63,998 nucleotides of DNA, filler included, from Octopus bimaculoides (GCF_001194135.2; 6 parts of 6 records of this genome joined end to end with filler, not necessarily neighbours in it), one strand, 5' to 3'; numbered from the whole stretch's first letter, positions 24,990-39,396 are shown. A program made the numbers and translations. The notes: a model not told the origin generated them from the sequence alone.

Positions 24990-25644
24990 TCCTAAAGGGT
25001 GTCCAAAAATTACCCTTCTCACCAACCCTGCTTCGTGATGGAGATGGGTTGTTTTTTTCCAGCTTGACACAATCATGCAACAAGTCATACTACATTATAC
25101 TAGGTTACATGTTAATAAGACTTTAAAATGACCTGACATTACATGATAACTACAGCAATTTTGACTTCTCTTACTCTCCCCACCCACACATCTCTCTCTC
25201 ACTCTCCCATTTTCTTTCACTTTGTCTTTATCACAAATTTATATGTCTATACATCCTTCCTCCTTTTCTTCTTCTTTTTCCTTGACCTCTTCTTCTTCCC
25301 TTACCTCTCTCTTTTTTTCCTTACCCTCCCTCCCTCCTCCCTCACCTCTTCTTCTTTCTCTCAGGCACACTTTCTAATTTATTTACCCTTTAATACCAGT
25401 TGACATTTCTTCTCTTTCTCTCCCTCTCTGGCAAATGGTTATGTCCCCCCCCCTGCCCCCCCCNNNNNNNNNNNNNNNNNNNNNNNNNNNNNNNNNNNNN
25501 NNNNNNNNNNNNNNNNNNNNNNNNAAAAAACATTTGAATTCTCTTCCACATCCTGACATTTATTCCACTGTTTTAATTACTCCTATTTATGCCACTGCAG
25601 ACCATCACAAACTTCCACAGATTCAATTGTCTTATGACATATGT

Positions 25645-25890
25645 ATAAGGGGCATTCATTAAAGATTTCCCCTGACCCACTTCCAGTTATTGCAACAAAT
25701 AGAACCTGTGCAAGTATAATCATACATGTCTCTACGTGTCACATTGTAAATTGCAGCTTTCCACTAGCATTCATTTGTCTTTTACGGCTGCTGAAGTGAA
25801 CTAAGGTATTACAATGGAGGCAGTTGAATGCAGATCAGTGATCAGGATCTTGCACTTGAAAGGTCATACACCAAAAGAGACTTTCGAAAT
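25645..25890 (+). mobile_element. Tc1/mariner remnant: left TIR and transposase N-terminus
   Basis: TA then aggggcattcattaaag (mariner-like TIR); MEAVECRSVIRILHLKGHTPKETF resembles the mariner HTH start (MEK.E.R.VI.FL...G....E). Confidence 0.7.
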
Positions 25891-26965
25891 GCCACTAAGA
25901 AAGGTGAAGTGGCTGAGTTCCTTTCAAGTGTTGGGCCTCACGGAGGCAATGACCAAGACCTTTGGCATTATGTTATGCTTGAGAAGAAGACCCATCAAGC
26001 TTAGCAAAATCCAAGTCATAGCAGATACCAGTGTCACACAAATTAGTATGTAAAAGCACCCATTACACTCTCGGAGTGGTTGGTGTTAGAAAGGGCATCC
26101 AGCTGTAAAAAACCATGCCAAATCACACTAGAGCCTGGCGCAGCCTTCCATCATGCCAACTCAGTCAAACCATCCAGCCCATGTTGGCATGGACAATGGA
26201 CGTTAAATGATGATGATACTGATGATTATAAACACCAGTTGATGCAGAGAAAAGTCTACTGATTGAAGTAAGTGTCTACCACTAGAGATAACTACATGAC
26301 TGATGGTTAGTCAAGTAGCCATTTCTAGTTCATGGAAAATTAAGCTTCCTCTAGACTCTGTCTGCTTACTTACTTCCTAATGTCTTTCAAAGTAATGACT
26401 TCATCAAAAAATGTCACTTGCACTAAGTTTTAAACTGTGTCAACAAGAATCTTTTCTGTCTGGCTGCCTTCTCACTTCCCACCAAAATTTCTTGTAAGAA
26501 GGGTGAGTATATCTAAAAAGTCTGCTGCACTTTGGTTATTGTATGGAAATAACACATACAACATTATCATGTAATGTAATATCTCTCTAGCCAAATCGTT
26601 AGATTTAGTGAAGTTTTAAAACAGATGGGCAAGCGTCTTCTACTATAACCCTGGGCTGACCGAGCCTTGAGGCTGGATTTGATAGATGGAAACTGATAGA
26701 TGCCCATTATCATCATTGTTTAATGTCCGCTTTCCATGCTAGCATGGGTTGGACAATTTGACTGAGGACTGTTGAACCAGATGGCTACACCAGGCTCCAA
26801 TCTGATCTGCTTGTTTCTCTCCTTGTTTCTTTCTGTGTTCCTATCTGTAGAAGAGCGTAGGCTTGAAACGTTAAAGACTTTTTCAATTCCCAAGCATTAT
26901 ATTAATACATCTGTTTGTTTTCTACACCACCTGTCTTCGTCTTTTGTTTTTTTGTGAATTCTTCC

Positions 26966-26984
<19 letters not shown>

Positions 26985-26997
<13 letters not shown>

Positions 26998-27400
26998 AAA
27001 TATAATTATCTATATATATAAAAATGAGAATGTGTGTCTGTCTGTTTGTCTGTCTGTGTGAATCCCTAAAACTCGAGAACTACGCAACCAATTTCATTCA
27101 AATTTTACACATGCCTTACTTAGGGTTCCAGTTGTGTTTTAGTAAAAAAAAATTATTAACTTCTTGCAGAGTTCGAGCACACGGCAACATAATATCTCTT
27201 CCACTATTTAAGTATTACGTGTCAAAAGTGAAACAAAAACACTCATGTCAAATACTTTCACTTTAAAAATGAAACTATTCCACTAACTGAAACAATCACA
27301 TTTTGATACTGTAATGACAGATACTTTCACAGAGAGAGAAAGATGTATATGTATACATATACATGTATATGTACACCATTTCGATACTGTAATGACAGAT
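26985..27400 (+). mobile_element. Helitron-like non-autonomous repeat (DINE/HINE-like 5' end), truncated at contig end
   Basis: tctatatatataaaaatgagaatgtgtgtctgtctgt...aactacgcaaccaatttcattcaaattttacac architecture, with short internal duplications. Confidence 0.5.
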
Positions 27401-27500
27401 NNNNNNNNNNNNNNNNNNNNNNNNNNNNNNNNNNNNNNNNNNNNTTAATTAATTAANNNNNNNNNNNNNNNNNNNNNNNNNNNNNNNNNNNNNNNNNNNN
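27401..27500. other. Artificial contig-join spacer N44-TTAATTAATTAA-N44 (also 39397-39496, 55849-55948, 61595-61694, 62894-62993)
   Basis: The identical 100-bp construct occurs five times; TTAATTAATTAA gives stops in all six frames. Confidence 0.97.
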
Positions 27501-27562
<62 letters not shown>

Positions 27563-27924
27563 TATGTGTGTGTGTGTGTGTGTGCTTGAAAGCCAGAGTA
27601 TAGTTGAGCAGGATATTCGTGATGTAAGATTTACGGTATAAGATGACTAAAGACTGCTGATGTTCTGAGAGTTGTATCAAAAATGTCTGACCACTCATTT
27701 TTGTTGATGCTATTATTATTGTTGTCATATATTTCTTCAGTTGCCATTGTTGTTTTTCTGTGGTTTTCTTTTTCTTTTTCAATTTTTTTTTGTTTCAAAA
27801 CCAAGTGAAAAAAAACGAAAACGAACATGATTGAAAAGAGGAAATGACAATTGATAAAAGACGCAAACACACTAACACATACACAGTTACACCAACAGAC
27901 AACGAAAACCGTGCACCATATGTA

Positions 27925-28013
<89 letters not shown>

Positions 28014-28266
28014 GTATGTATGTATGTATGTACATACATATATACATGTATATATGTCTATATATATATACATACATACACATACACGTACATATAACGC
28101 ACGCGCTAGCGCACACACATATAAATATATTTTTGTTTACGTATACATACGTATATATGTACATATATTGTATGTGTTTCATGTAGATATACGCACACAT
28201 ATATACTAGCACATACACACGCATTCATATATTATATATATATTTATATTATGCATTACATAATAC

Positions 28267-28327
<61 letters not shown>

Positions 28328-28405
28328 CATATATATATAAGACATACATTATATATACATTACATATACACACATACATGTATATATATTACATAATACA
28401 TAGAT

Positions 28406-28442
<37 letters not shown>

Positions 28443-30690
28443 ACATATTATCATATATGTATGATAATGGATTTGACAGGAAAATAGATAATTTTCAGAA
28501 AAGCCACATGAAAGGCAAAGATCTGAACACTTTTTCTCTACACACGTACACACACATGCATATACACATGCGCACATATACACACGTATGTTAAGTGTGT
28601 ATATGTATATTCGTGCGCATAGGTGTTTAACCCTCTACCGTCGCCTCTTCGTGTGTGGGTGTGCGTGTGAATGTCTGTGTATGTGTGTATGTTTGTTGCG
28701 TAAAGACATTCTGAGTTAATAGAATAAAGGCAAATGAAAAGAAATGGTAAAGCGATGCGGTGGGGAAAGTAAATGATAAAGTAGCAGTTTATGGATGGAT
28801 GGAAGGAAGGAAAGAAGGAAGAAAGAAAGTAAGGAAGGAAGGAAGTAGGAGTTACACTGAAGAAATCCAGCGTTTTTGTTGCCTTATAAGGTCATAGAAA
28901 ACGCAGTTTTATGACTGGATTAAATGCATAAATAAATTATTAGTTTCAAATTTTGCCACTAGGGCAGCCATTTTGAAGGATGGGACTAGTCGATTACATC
29001 GCTCCCTGTGCTCAACTGATACTTATTTTATCGACTCCGAAAGGATGAAAGGCTAAGTCGACCTCGGCAGAGTTTGAACTCGGAACGTAAACACGGACGA
29101 AATGCCGCTAAGCATTTTGCCCAGCATGCTAACTGTTCTGCAAGCTTACCGCCTTAACTAAGAACTGAAATGCAACGCAGTGGGACTAAACTCGGAGCTA
29201 TATGGTTTGAAAACAAACTTCTTACCACACAGCAACGCCTGCGCTGTAAATACACAAAGAAAATATTTATTTCTTTATTGCTCACAGCGGGCTAAACATA
29301 GAGGGGACAAACAAGGACAGACAAAGGGTTTAACTCGATTACATTGACCCCAGTATGTAACTAGTACTTATACAATCGATCCCGAAAGGATGAAAGACAA
29401 AGTCGAACTCGGTGGAGTTTGAATTCAGAACGTAACGGCAGACGAAATACCGCTAAGCATTTCGCCCGGCGTGCTAACGATTCTTCCAGCTCACCGCCCT
29501 ACATAAAGAAAATATCTAAAACAAAATAAATAAATAAAATAGATAAAACAAAATAAATGAATGACAAATACAGAAGCATGTCCTCGTCACATTTTCCACT
29601 TTCTGTTCCCCTCTCCTCGTCCCCTTCATCCTTCTCCTCCCTTTCACCCTCTTCCTTCCTTCATCCTCCTCCCCCATTCCCCTCCTCCTTTCCCTCTTTT
29701 CCCCACCCTACTTCGTTATCATCATCGCCAGAAATAATGCTTTATATATAGCATTATACTATAGGCACAAAGCCTAAAATTTGCAGGGTAGGGGACTATT
29801 CGATTGCAACAGCCCCTAAAGGATGAAAGACAAAGCCGACTTGGGTGGCATTTGAACTCAGAACGTAAATCTGGAAGAAACACAACTAAGAATATTGTTC
29901 GACGCGCTAACGATTCTGCCAGATCGCCTTTTTAATCATCACCAACATTAATGGTTTCTGTGGTACAGTCACATGGAAATATATTTAATTCTAGGTTAGG
30001 TAGCGGTAATAGCTGCATAGCTCAGAGTATATTACTGGTATGGAAGGACACAGGCACGACTGAGTGGATAAAAGGTTAGCTTTGTGTCTTCGTCCTTGAG
30101 GTTTGATCCCACTGCGCAATACCTTGGACAAGTGTCTTCTACTGTAGCAGTAAGAAACCCTATAATTTTTTGATGGCATTCATAAAACGCTTTGCAGTAT
30201 TTGCTTCCGATCTGTACGTTCTTAGTTCTCAAGGTCGTCTAGGTAATGTCTTGTAAAAAAACGAAACTCGAACGACCGCAGCAGGGAAACATCTTTGTAA
30301 TCGCCCACAATGATTCTTTGGTAAGAGCATGTTGCCTATTAAGGAATTTTATACATAAGATATTGAAGTTCTTACATGAATGCGTGAATACAAATTTGGA
30401 GGGTACATTTTAAAATGGTAGGCAAACACATAGACCAGCGCATGTCGCCATTCAAGGGTAAAATTATCTCTTTTACTCTTTTACTTGTTTCAGTAATTTG
30501 ACTGTGGCCATGCTGGAGCACCGCCTTTAGTCGAGCAAATCGACCCCAGGACTTATTCTTTGTAAGCCTAGTACTTATCCTATCGGTCTCTTTTGCCGAG
30601 CCGCTAAGTTACGAGACGTAAACACACCAGCATCGGTTGTCAAGCGATGTTGGGGGGACAAACACAGACACACAAACATACACACACACA

Positions 30691-30753
<63 letters not shown>

Positions 30754-31133
30754 GACGAGCTTCTTTCAGTTTCCGTCTACCAAATCCACTCACAAGGCTT
30801 TGGTCGGCCCGAGGCTATAGTAGAAGACACTTGGCCAAGGTGCCACACAGTGGGAATGAACCCGGAACCATGTGGTTGGTAAGCAAGCTACTTACCACAG
30901 AGCCACTCCTGCGCTTATGATGTTGATAGTGTCTATAGAAAGACGGAGTTTGTGAACCTTGGAACTCTGGAACCTTGGGAAGCTAAAATACAAAGATCGA
31001 CTGTACCAAATTTAAAATATAACATCGAAGTTAACTAAAATACCGCAAAGCATTTTGACCAATCGCTTTACTGATTCTTCGATCAGCGGCTATGATAAAT
31101 AAAAATATAACAATGACAACAACAACAACAACA

Positions 31134-31201
<68 letters not shown>

Positions 31202-31436
31202 TATAATAATAACAACTAATAATTAAGTAAAAACATATATATATTTACGAAACAGAAAGAATGGTTGTAAGTTAATGGTTTCATAATATCACATGAGAAC
31301 TTCTATTCTTTTACATCGCTGCAATGATATCATACATGAAACGATATTATATATATATATGAAAGGAATAACGGCATTCATCATCGTGTTCATCGATCAT
31401 CATCATAACCACCACGACCATAGGAGTCACGATCGA

Positions 31437-31490
<54 letters not shown>

Positions 31491-31814
31491 ATTATTATTA
31501 TTATTGTTCTTGTTGTTGTTGTTATTGTGTTATCATATTCTCCTTGTTGAATCCGATTTAATAGAATTTATGTTTGTCCGAAATATCGAATCATCTCTAG
31601 ACAAACATACAAATTCTATTAAACGTTATTTCATAAAAGTTAGACAGTGATATAATCAAATTATATACACATACAATCACACACATACATTATTGTTTTT
31701 ACGTCATGTATGTATGCTTATACAAACATATACACATATATGTTTGTCTATGTATATATATATGTATATACACACACAGATTCACATATGTATGTATACA
31801 CACAAGTATATATT

Positions 31815-31846
<32 letters not shown>

Positions 31847-32729
31847 CACATATACAAATATATATGCATATATCGCCAACCAGATGCATAGATGACTGTA
31901 ATATATATGCATACACACCCACACACACAGACACACAAGTTTGCAAACACATTTATTCAGATGCCGGGTTAATAGCAGCTGAATATGTTGTATAGAGATA
32001 TCTTTATATTATTGTGTATATTCAAAGAAATGTGCATTGAGCCTCCCTGTCTCACACACTCTCTCTCTCTTTCTCTCATTCACACAATCATTTATATTTA
32101 CATATAAACTGCAATGCATGTGCATAAATATATATATATATATATATGCATGTTTACATACAATAATACTGAATCGTACATATATAAACAAACAAAAAAG
32201 AAAGACATTCAATAATGTGCCTGAGTGTTTGAACTTATGTTATCAATGTGCCTTGCAGATAATATCCCCAATTATGCTGGATGCAAATCATTTTTCATCC
32301 CCTAAGCAGTCATCTTGATTTTGTCTTAACACCGTATCGCTATCCTTGGGGTGTTAGGCGCTGATATGCATTTGGTGGTAGAGGTGGCTGTTGTATTTGA
32401 TCGACCTACAATAGATTATCCTTGACTTAGTAAAGCGCTGCAGCCATGACCATTACTTATTCTTATTTCAGTCATATTGTACTAAGAATATATTATTGGA
32501 TGTGTCAATTTTTATGACGATAGGGTGAGATTTGAAGTAATTAGTGTATTATTTCCAGCAGATTTAACCACCACAAAGTGATTACTTCGGTGGCGATGCT
32601 GGTAGTGACAGAATATGTTGATGTTTTCTCGAGTCACTAAACAGATTCCTTCTGATATTGGAATTAGTTTTTCTGTCGCCGATGTTTGACTTATATTGTC
32701 ACTGTTTATTCCGCTGAGCATTTCTCATA

Positions 32730-33480
32730 CAAAATCACACAGTAAATGGCCTATCAATAGTGAATATACATTAAGTACGATACACAAATAGCTATTTAAA
32801 TTCAATACTGCCTCAATTGCATATATTGGATTTTTAATCAGTCGCTTGGTTACTCATAACATGAGTAACTGTTTTATTCACTTTTTCCTGTATCAGAGGC
32901 GACGAATTCTCGTTCGATTATGTGACTGGCTTTGAGTTACAGCCATTGAAAAAGTCGTAAAAGGCTGAAATGGATTTGGTGTCCTCTTGCTGCTACTGAA
33001 ACGGGATTTTGTGAACCACTAATATTTATTGTGTTTTTAACACAACATGTTCATAAGAGATGTTATTTCAGGATAGATACTGCAATAAGTGGCTTATAGG
33101 CAGTGTATATATATATATTAAGTATGATTATGCAAATGGTTATTTTAATTTAGTATTGTTGCAATTGCTTATGCCGGATTTTTATTCAGCCGAGCGGCTG
33201 TTTGCAGCATCAGTGAATATTTTGTTCATTCTTTTCGTATATCAGAGGCGACGAATTCTCGTCCGTGCCTTTGGTTGGCTGAGAGTACGCGCCATTCAAA
33301 AGGCCTAAAAACATGGATATGCATTTGGAGTTTCGCAGAACGTTGCTGGGACAAAATTTTGTCTTCTGATATTTATTGTATTCTAAAAGCAGCACGCCCA
33401 TGCTAGATGTTGTCTCGGAGCAAATACTCCAATAACTGGCCCATTGACAAGATGTATACATTAAGTATGATGCATACATG
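32730..33480. repeat. Diverged ~349-bp tandem duplication (2 full units plus partial flanking units)
   Basis: Collinear matches throughout; 23-bp identical core TATCAGAGGCGACGAATTCTCGT at 32891 and 33240. Confidence 0.8.
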
Positions 33481-34495
33481 GTTTCAAGGCTTTACATTTT
33501 AACGAAAAAGCATCAGTCCGTGAAATCGATTCTAGTATTTGACTGGTGCTTTTATTTAATCGATGCCAGATGAATATAATGCAAAGTAGGCCCTCAGAGG
33601 TGTTTCAAATTAAAAAGTAATGCCACACAACAAAATACCATTTCGTTCACAGAATATTTTTTTATTTCTTTTTACATCTCTGAATTTTCAGAATTTCACC
33701 GTATTATTTTATTTTTTTAGTTTAATTTATTTTGAAATGCTTGCTATAAAATTTTGATTTTAAGATTTAAAGGAATTCTGGATATCATATTAAATTATCA
33801 ACAAATTAAATAATTAGAATTGACCTCCAAGCAATTCTTTTACACTGAATTTGATGGGATGGGGAGGAGTGAAATTAGCTCATCATGTGACAACTTTTTT
33901 CATTATATTTTCCTCTTGGAAAATATCTTCTGATTTCTGTTTTAAACATTGGAAACTGCGATTGTGAATGGGGGAAATGGTTTGGGATGAGAGTAATGGT
34001 TTAGGAGTAGCATTTAGAGTGAAAATGTTGAGTTGGACTATGAGTTTAATATCAAATTTTAGGTTATTGGTTAGGATTTATAGCTAGGTTTAAAGTAAGG
34101 ATTAAAAAAACAGAAAGATTTGAAAAAAAAGACATAAAAAAAAAAGAATTGGACTTCCGAAACAAAAGAGAGATACATTGGGTAATGTCGTTCTCGACAC
34201 ACTTAACACTATCTGAATAAAAGTAAAACCGAACCTGCTGGAGATCGGCTCTCTTGGATCAAGGAGGTAAGCTCTCGCCCTGTAGACATTTGGTGAAAGG
34301 AATATTGTTGTCCTCGACATCATCTTAGCTAATATCCCATTGGAATTGTAGGAGTGGTTGTGTGGTGAGAAGCTTGCTTCCCAACCACTAGGTTCTAGGT
34401 TCACTCCCACTACGTGACATCTTTGGAAAGTGCCTTCTACTATAACCTCGAGCCGTCCAAATTCTTGGTAGACGGAAACTGAAAGAAGCCCGTTG

Positions 34496-34553
<58 letters not shown>

Positions 34554-36446
34554 TTTGTGTCTTTGTTTGTCCTCCCACCATCGCTTGACAACTGATGTTG
34601 GTGTGTTTACGTCCATGTAACCAAGCGGTTCGCCAATAGAAACCGATAGAATAAATACTAGGATTACAAAAAAAAAATCCTGGGGTTCGTTTTTTTTTTC
34701 GACTAAAGGCGGTGCTTCAGCATGGCTGCAGGCAAATGACAAACAAATAAAAGAATAGGTTTTCCACCCATAACTCATCTTCCTACAAGATCACATTATC
34801 GAGGCTTCTGCTGAAGGAGCTCTCCATCCGTTATTTCAGCGTACCCTAGGGCAGTGCTACTCAAAGTGGTGGTCCGCGGATAGGTGCCGGTCCGCGAACC
34901 AACAGCTGTCGGTACGCGGTGAGTTTCCAGAAAAGAAAGAAGCGTTATAAAATGATTATAAACTGCTTATGTAATATTGTATTATTTGTTTACAAAATAA
35001 ATATAAGATTAAAAAAATTGTCAACTTTAATTATATCCATTATGTATGTTGTTTCCAGCATAAATTAATATTACCAAGAAATATTACCGGCGCCTGGCAC
35101 ATTGGAAAGAAAGAACTGCCAGTGTTTGAGATATACTTACCTAATAACTGATCTAATGATTCAACATCTAGGAGAAAATATCTTGAGACTTATGTTCCAA
35201 ACTTTTGGCCAAGTAATAATATAATGTAAATTAAATGTAATTTTGGTCGTTTAATATAAATTCTAATTTTCAAATCTATGTTCCAAACTTTTGGTCACGA
35301 TAGTAAGTAAAAGCTCAGAAATTGTGTGGGGAGAGTTTTGTCAATTACATCGACCCTAATACTTGCTTGGTACTTCACTTTATCGACCCCCAAAATAACA
35401 GAAGTCAAAGTTGACTCCTGCCAGATTTGAATTCAAAGCGGAATGAACCGGAACAAATGCAACAAACTATTTTATCACATATTTAAACGATTCTGGCAGT
35501 TCACCACCTTACAAAAAGAAATCAGCTAGCGTTTATTTCGTTGACCCCGAGAGGTTGCAAAGGCAAAGTTGAGAACGATTAGATTTGAACTCAGAACCAG
35601 AACAAACGCTAAAAAGTTCTTCATTAGACGTTCTAATGATTTTGCCAATCCACCATCTTTAAAAACGAGTAGCAATAATCTTTCGGCGTGTTGTACGTAG
35701 ACGCATGACAATATTTTCCGGAAGCGGGACAATTATAATTTGAGGTAAATGTTTATTAGCTTCTCATAACATTATAGAGAGGCTTCCCTTTATGTTCTTC
35801 GCATTTAACCTAACATCCCGTGGAATGTCACAGCTGATACATGTGTCATAGGATCACCATTATTTTTATCGAGGTACCAGTATTTTGCTGGTACCTTCTT
35901 TTTTTTTTTTTTTACTTTTCCTGGAAACGTAAATGTATGGACCATTAAGAATTTTCTCTTTATTAATCTCTATTCGCCTATCTTTCGTTCTCTCATTTTA
36001 AAAAAAATTTTCTGCTTTCCTTTAAAATTTAAATTGATTGAATTTAAAATGGGATTTGTAAAAAACAAACCAGAAAAGCATGAGAAATGATTTTAATACG
36101 AGTCAATGAGTTAATCTCTATGCTGTTCTTCGACCTGCTAGAATTAGTAGCCAAATTTTCTCTCTAGTGTTTTGAAAGGAGCAAACAAGACAAGAGATGC
36201 TGTTCACGTAATAATATGGCTGTATAATAGATGGCTTGGTCACGACTGGAGGATTTCTAAACAGCATAACCTGCGGTTAAAACAACAGCAAGGACAAGAT
36301 GAAGGTGACTGCGTTGGGATTTGAACTTAGTACCTAATTAGACGTAACTAAAGTATTTTAATCAGAAGGTTAATTTTGTACGTCACTCTACCAAACAGCC
36401 AGAGCATTGTGTAAGAAGAAAACAATGTTTAATAACAATAATAAGA

Positions 36447-36760
36447 TAGTACTAATGATGATGATGATGAGGAAGAAGAGGTGTGGGAGGAGGAGTGATA
36501 GGGGAGGATGATAACGACGAAGACGACGATAACGATGGTAATGATAATAATGATAGAGGTCGGTGGTGGTCATGATGATGATGATGATGATGATAATGGT
36601 GGTGGTGGTGGTGGTGATGGTGGTGGTGGCATTGGGGATGAGGAAGAAGTTGAAGTTGAGGATGAGCTGCAGGAAGAGGAAGAAGTAGAAGAAAAAGCAG
36701 AGAAAGAAGAAGAAAAATTTAATGATGAAGATGATGATGACGATGATGATGATGATGTTT

Positions 36761-36805
<45 letters not shown>

Positions 36806-36808
36806 TTT

Positions 36809-36849
<41 letters not shown>

Positions 36850-36850
36850 G
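36447..36850. repeat. Compound trinucleotide repeat (GAT/GGT/GAA)
   Basis: Explains the poly-D/E/G and poly-H ORFs. Confidence 0.9.
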
Positions 36851-37057
36851 GAAAGAGGTAATTACAAGATAAGTGATTGATGGGATGCACACAAAATGCT
36901 TGTGAAGTCCCAATTTTCAAATTTTGTTAATTTTCCTTTTTTTTTTTGCTTTTTTTTTGCTGTTTTTGCTGTTTTTGCGATCGGGTTTTATAGTTGTTTA
37001 TTTCTTTAAAACAGTGAAATTGAGTTTAATTTCCAATGAGATTTATAAAAACGGGGA

Positions 37058-37095
<38 letters not shown>

Positions 37096-37160
37096 TGATG
37101 ATGATGATAATGATGATGATGATGATTATGATGCAATGATAATGGCGATTATTATTGTTG

Positions 37161-37201
<41 letters not shown>

Positions 37202-38069
37202 GTTTTGCCAAGCTGATAAAATCGTTAGCGCGTCGGTCAAATTGCATAGCAGCATTTCTTTCGGTTTTATAACGCAATGAGTTCAAATCCGCCTCGGGTC
37301 AACTTTGTTTTTTTTTTTTTAATCCCTTTTTGGGGTTGATTAGATAAGTACCACATGAGTACTAGGATCAATTTGTTCGACTAAACCCTTCATATGGTGC
37401 TCCAGCATGACAGCAGTGCAATAACTGAAACAAGTGTGGTGTATGTCTGTCTGTCTGTCTGGGTTTGTGTGTGCGTGTGTGTGCGTGTGTGTGCGTGTGT
37501 GTGCGTGCGTATGTTATTAAAAAACAGAGAAAGAGGAAGAGGTATATGAGGAAATATCTTTTATTTCTTAAATAAATGTAACAAAAAAAAACGAATTAAA
37601 GCTAAGGCAACAATAAACCAAAAAACAAAAGGCGAAACAAAATTACGTAAAGAAATAATCTCGATTGCAAAATAAATAACAAAAACAACCCAGACAACAA
37701 CTGCAATAATTCAGTTTCATTTCTTCCTGCCATGCCCTCCACCACGTCACATATCAACCTGGGTCTTCTGTGCTATGCTGTGCACATGGTGTTATTCCCC
37801 ACTCACCACCTGTGCCGTGTTCCTCACCTCAATTTCTCACGACTTGTAATCTCACACTACCCCACCCCCATTAAGATTTCCCCCTCACACTTTCCCTCAC
37901 CTCCTACTTCTCTCCCCCATCACTCAAATTCTCCCTTTTTCTTCTCGTCGCCTACACTTTTTTTTTCTTTTTTCTTTTTTTCTTTTTTAGGTTTATTGTT
38001 TTTTTAGGGAGAGCACGCGGGATCAGAATCTGAAATGAACTTTAGCCCATATTGCCGCAATACGCGAGA

Positions 38070-38445
38070 CACTAACTACCACCACCACTACCACCACCAC
38101 CAATACCGAAGCGTTACGACTACAACACAACCATTTCACCGACATCACCACCACCACCACACCACTCCCACCCGTCACCAGTTTCTTCTCCACCAAAGAC
38201 CCAAACAAACGCCTGCACCACCACGTCAATTACAACTAGTACTACAACCACCACCACAACGAATACCAACGCTACCACTACTACTAAAACTACCATATCA
38301 CCCCACCACCACCACCACTACCACTACCACCACAACCACTACCACACCTCCACCACCTCCTGATCTCCTCCCCCTCTTCTTCTCCTACTCCTCCTCCTCA
38401 TCCAACTACTACTAATACTTCTTTTACTACTGCTGTTGCTGCTGA

Positions 38446-38493
<48 letters not shown>

Positions 38494-38530
38494 CACTACT
38501 ACTATTACGACGACGACGACGACGACGACA
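38070..38530. repeat. Compound trinucleotide repeat (CAC/TAC/GAC)
   Basis: Low-complexity runs seen directly. Confidence 0.85.
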
Positions 38531-39074
38531 ACTACGACAGTGCCGCTGCTGCCGTCGACGACAACGAAAGACCCGCTGATGTTTAAGAGACTTCAGTTCA
38601 TTTAAAAGATAATGACAAGATAATTAATTAAATATTTAATAAAAGAAAGGGTTAAAAGAATAGCGACCGTTCATTAATTTAAACATGATTTGTGTCATTA
38701 ACGACAACTCATTAATTCACTCACACATACCTGCTAGAAACGTATACCATTATTGAGTAGGGGACGATAACAAACCGTCTAGGGTTCAAAGGAACTGCTG
38801 TTGGGTTGGCAATAGGCCCACAGGTAGAAGAATCGAGGGTGTCTTCCAAAACCATTATCGTACATCAGAGGATGGTATGAGACGTTTAGGCATAGCCGCT
38901 TAGGTGCCGTCTGCATGGCGTTGCTGATTCGATACTGACTTATTTGACATGAGATGATTTGCAGCCAGTTCTGTGTTTATGGATGTAAGAATATTTTTGT
39001 TTTGTAGAAGATTCTAGTAATAAATTGTAAATTCTCTCTCTCTCACACACACAGACACACACGCCCTCTTTCCG

Positions 39075-39121
<47 letters not shown>

Positions 39122-39396
39122 CTCCGGCTCTACGTAGACAACGGTGAACAGGTGTGGTCGCCGTTTGTGCGGCGCGCTTTCCCGCAGCTCGTCTCCATGA
39201 CCGAACTGCAGTCGTGGATCAAGAAGAGGCCGAGGAAGGGCGAATGGCACCGCGAGTGTCGCGCTGCTCTTCGGCAACTCCAACAACCCGGGTCAACCTT
39301 GAGCGACTGCATCACAACTAACGCATTCTATAGTGGAATAGTGGAGGGAAGGTACGACGACGATCTCGGGGCGAACCTGGGCGTCGACGAGGAATA
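39122..39396 (+). mobile_element. GC-rich, uninterrupted LINE ORF2 fragment (probably L1/Tx1 clade, region after RT), 5' junction in (CTAT)n
   Basis: Open frame LRLYVDNGEQVWSPFVRRAFPQLVSMTELQSWIKKRPRKGEWHRECRAALRQL...FYSGIVEGRYDDDLGANLGVDEE; cut by the contig end. Clade assignment is from memory. Confidence 0.55.

Noticed and set aside
27631-27747. Short minus ORF MATEEIYDNNNNSINKNEWSDIFDTTLRTSAVFSHLIP* with a good Kozak context
   Set aside because: 38 aa, no similarity to the IFT27 N-terminus or any family I know, weak donor, at a contig edge among microsatellites
34170-34330. VYRARAYLL resembling the IFT27 N-terminus (LRARCLL), plus a plus-strand GAG|GTAAGC donor
   Set aside because: No phase-1 donor at the expected place, no P-loop exon follows, and it is on a different contig
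36508-36913. Acidic (D/E) 117-aa ORF and antisense poly-His ORF
   Set aside because: Products of compound trinucleotide microsatellites; no splice context
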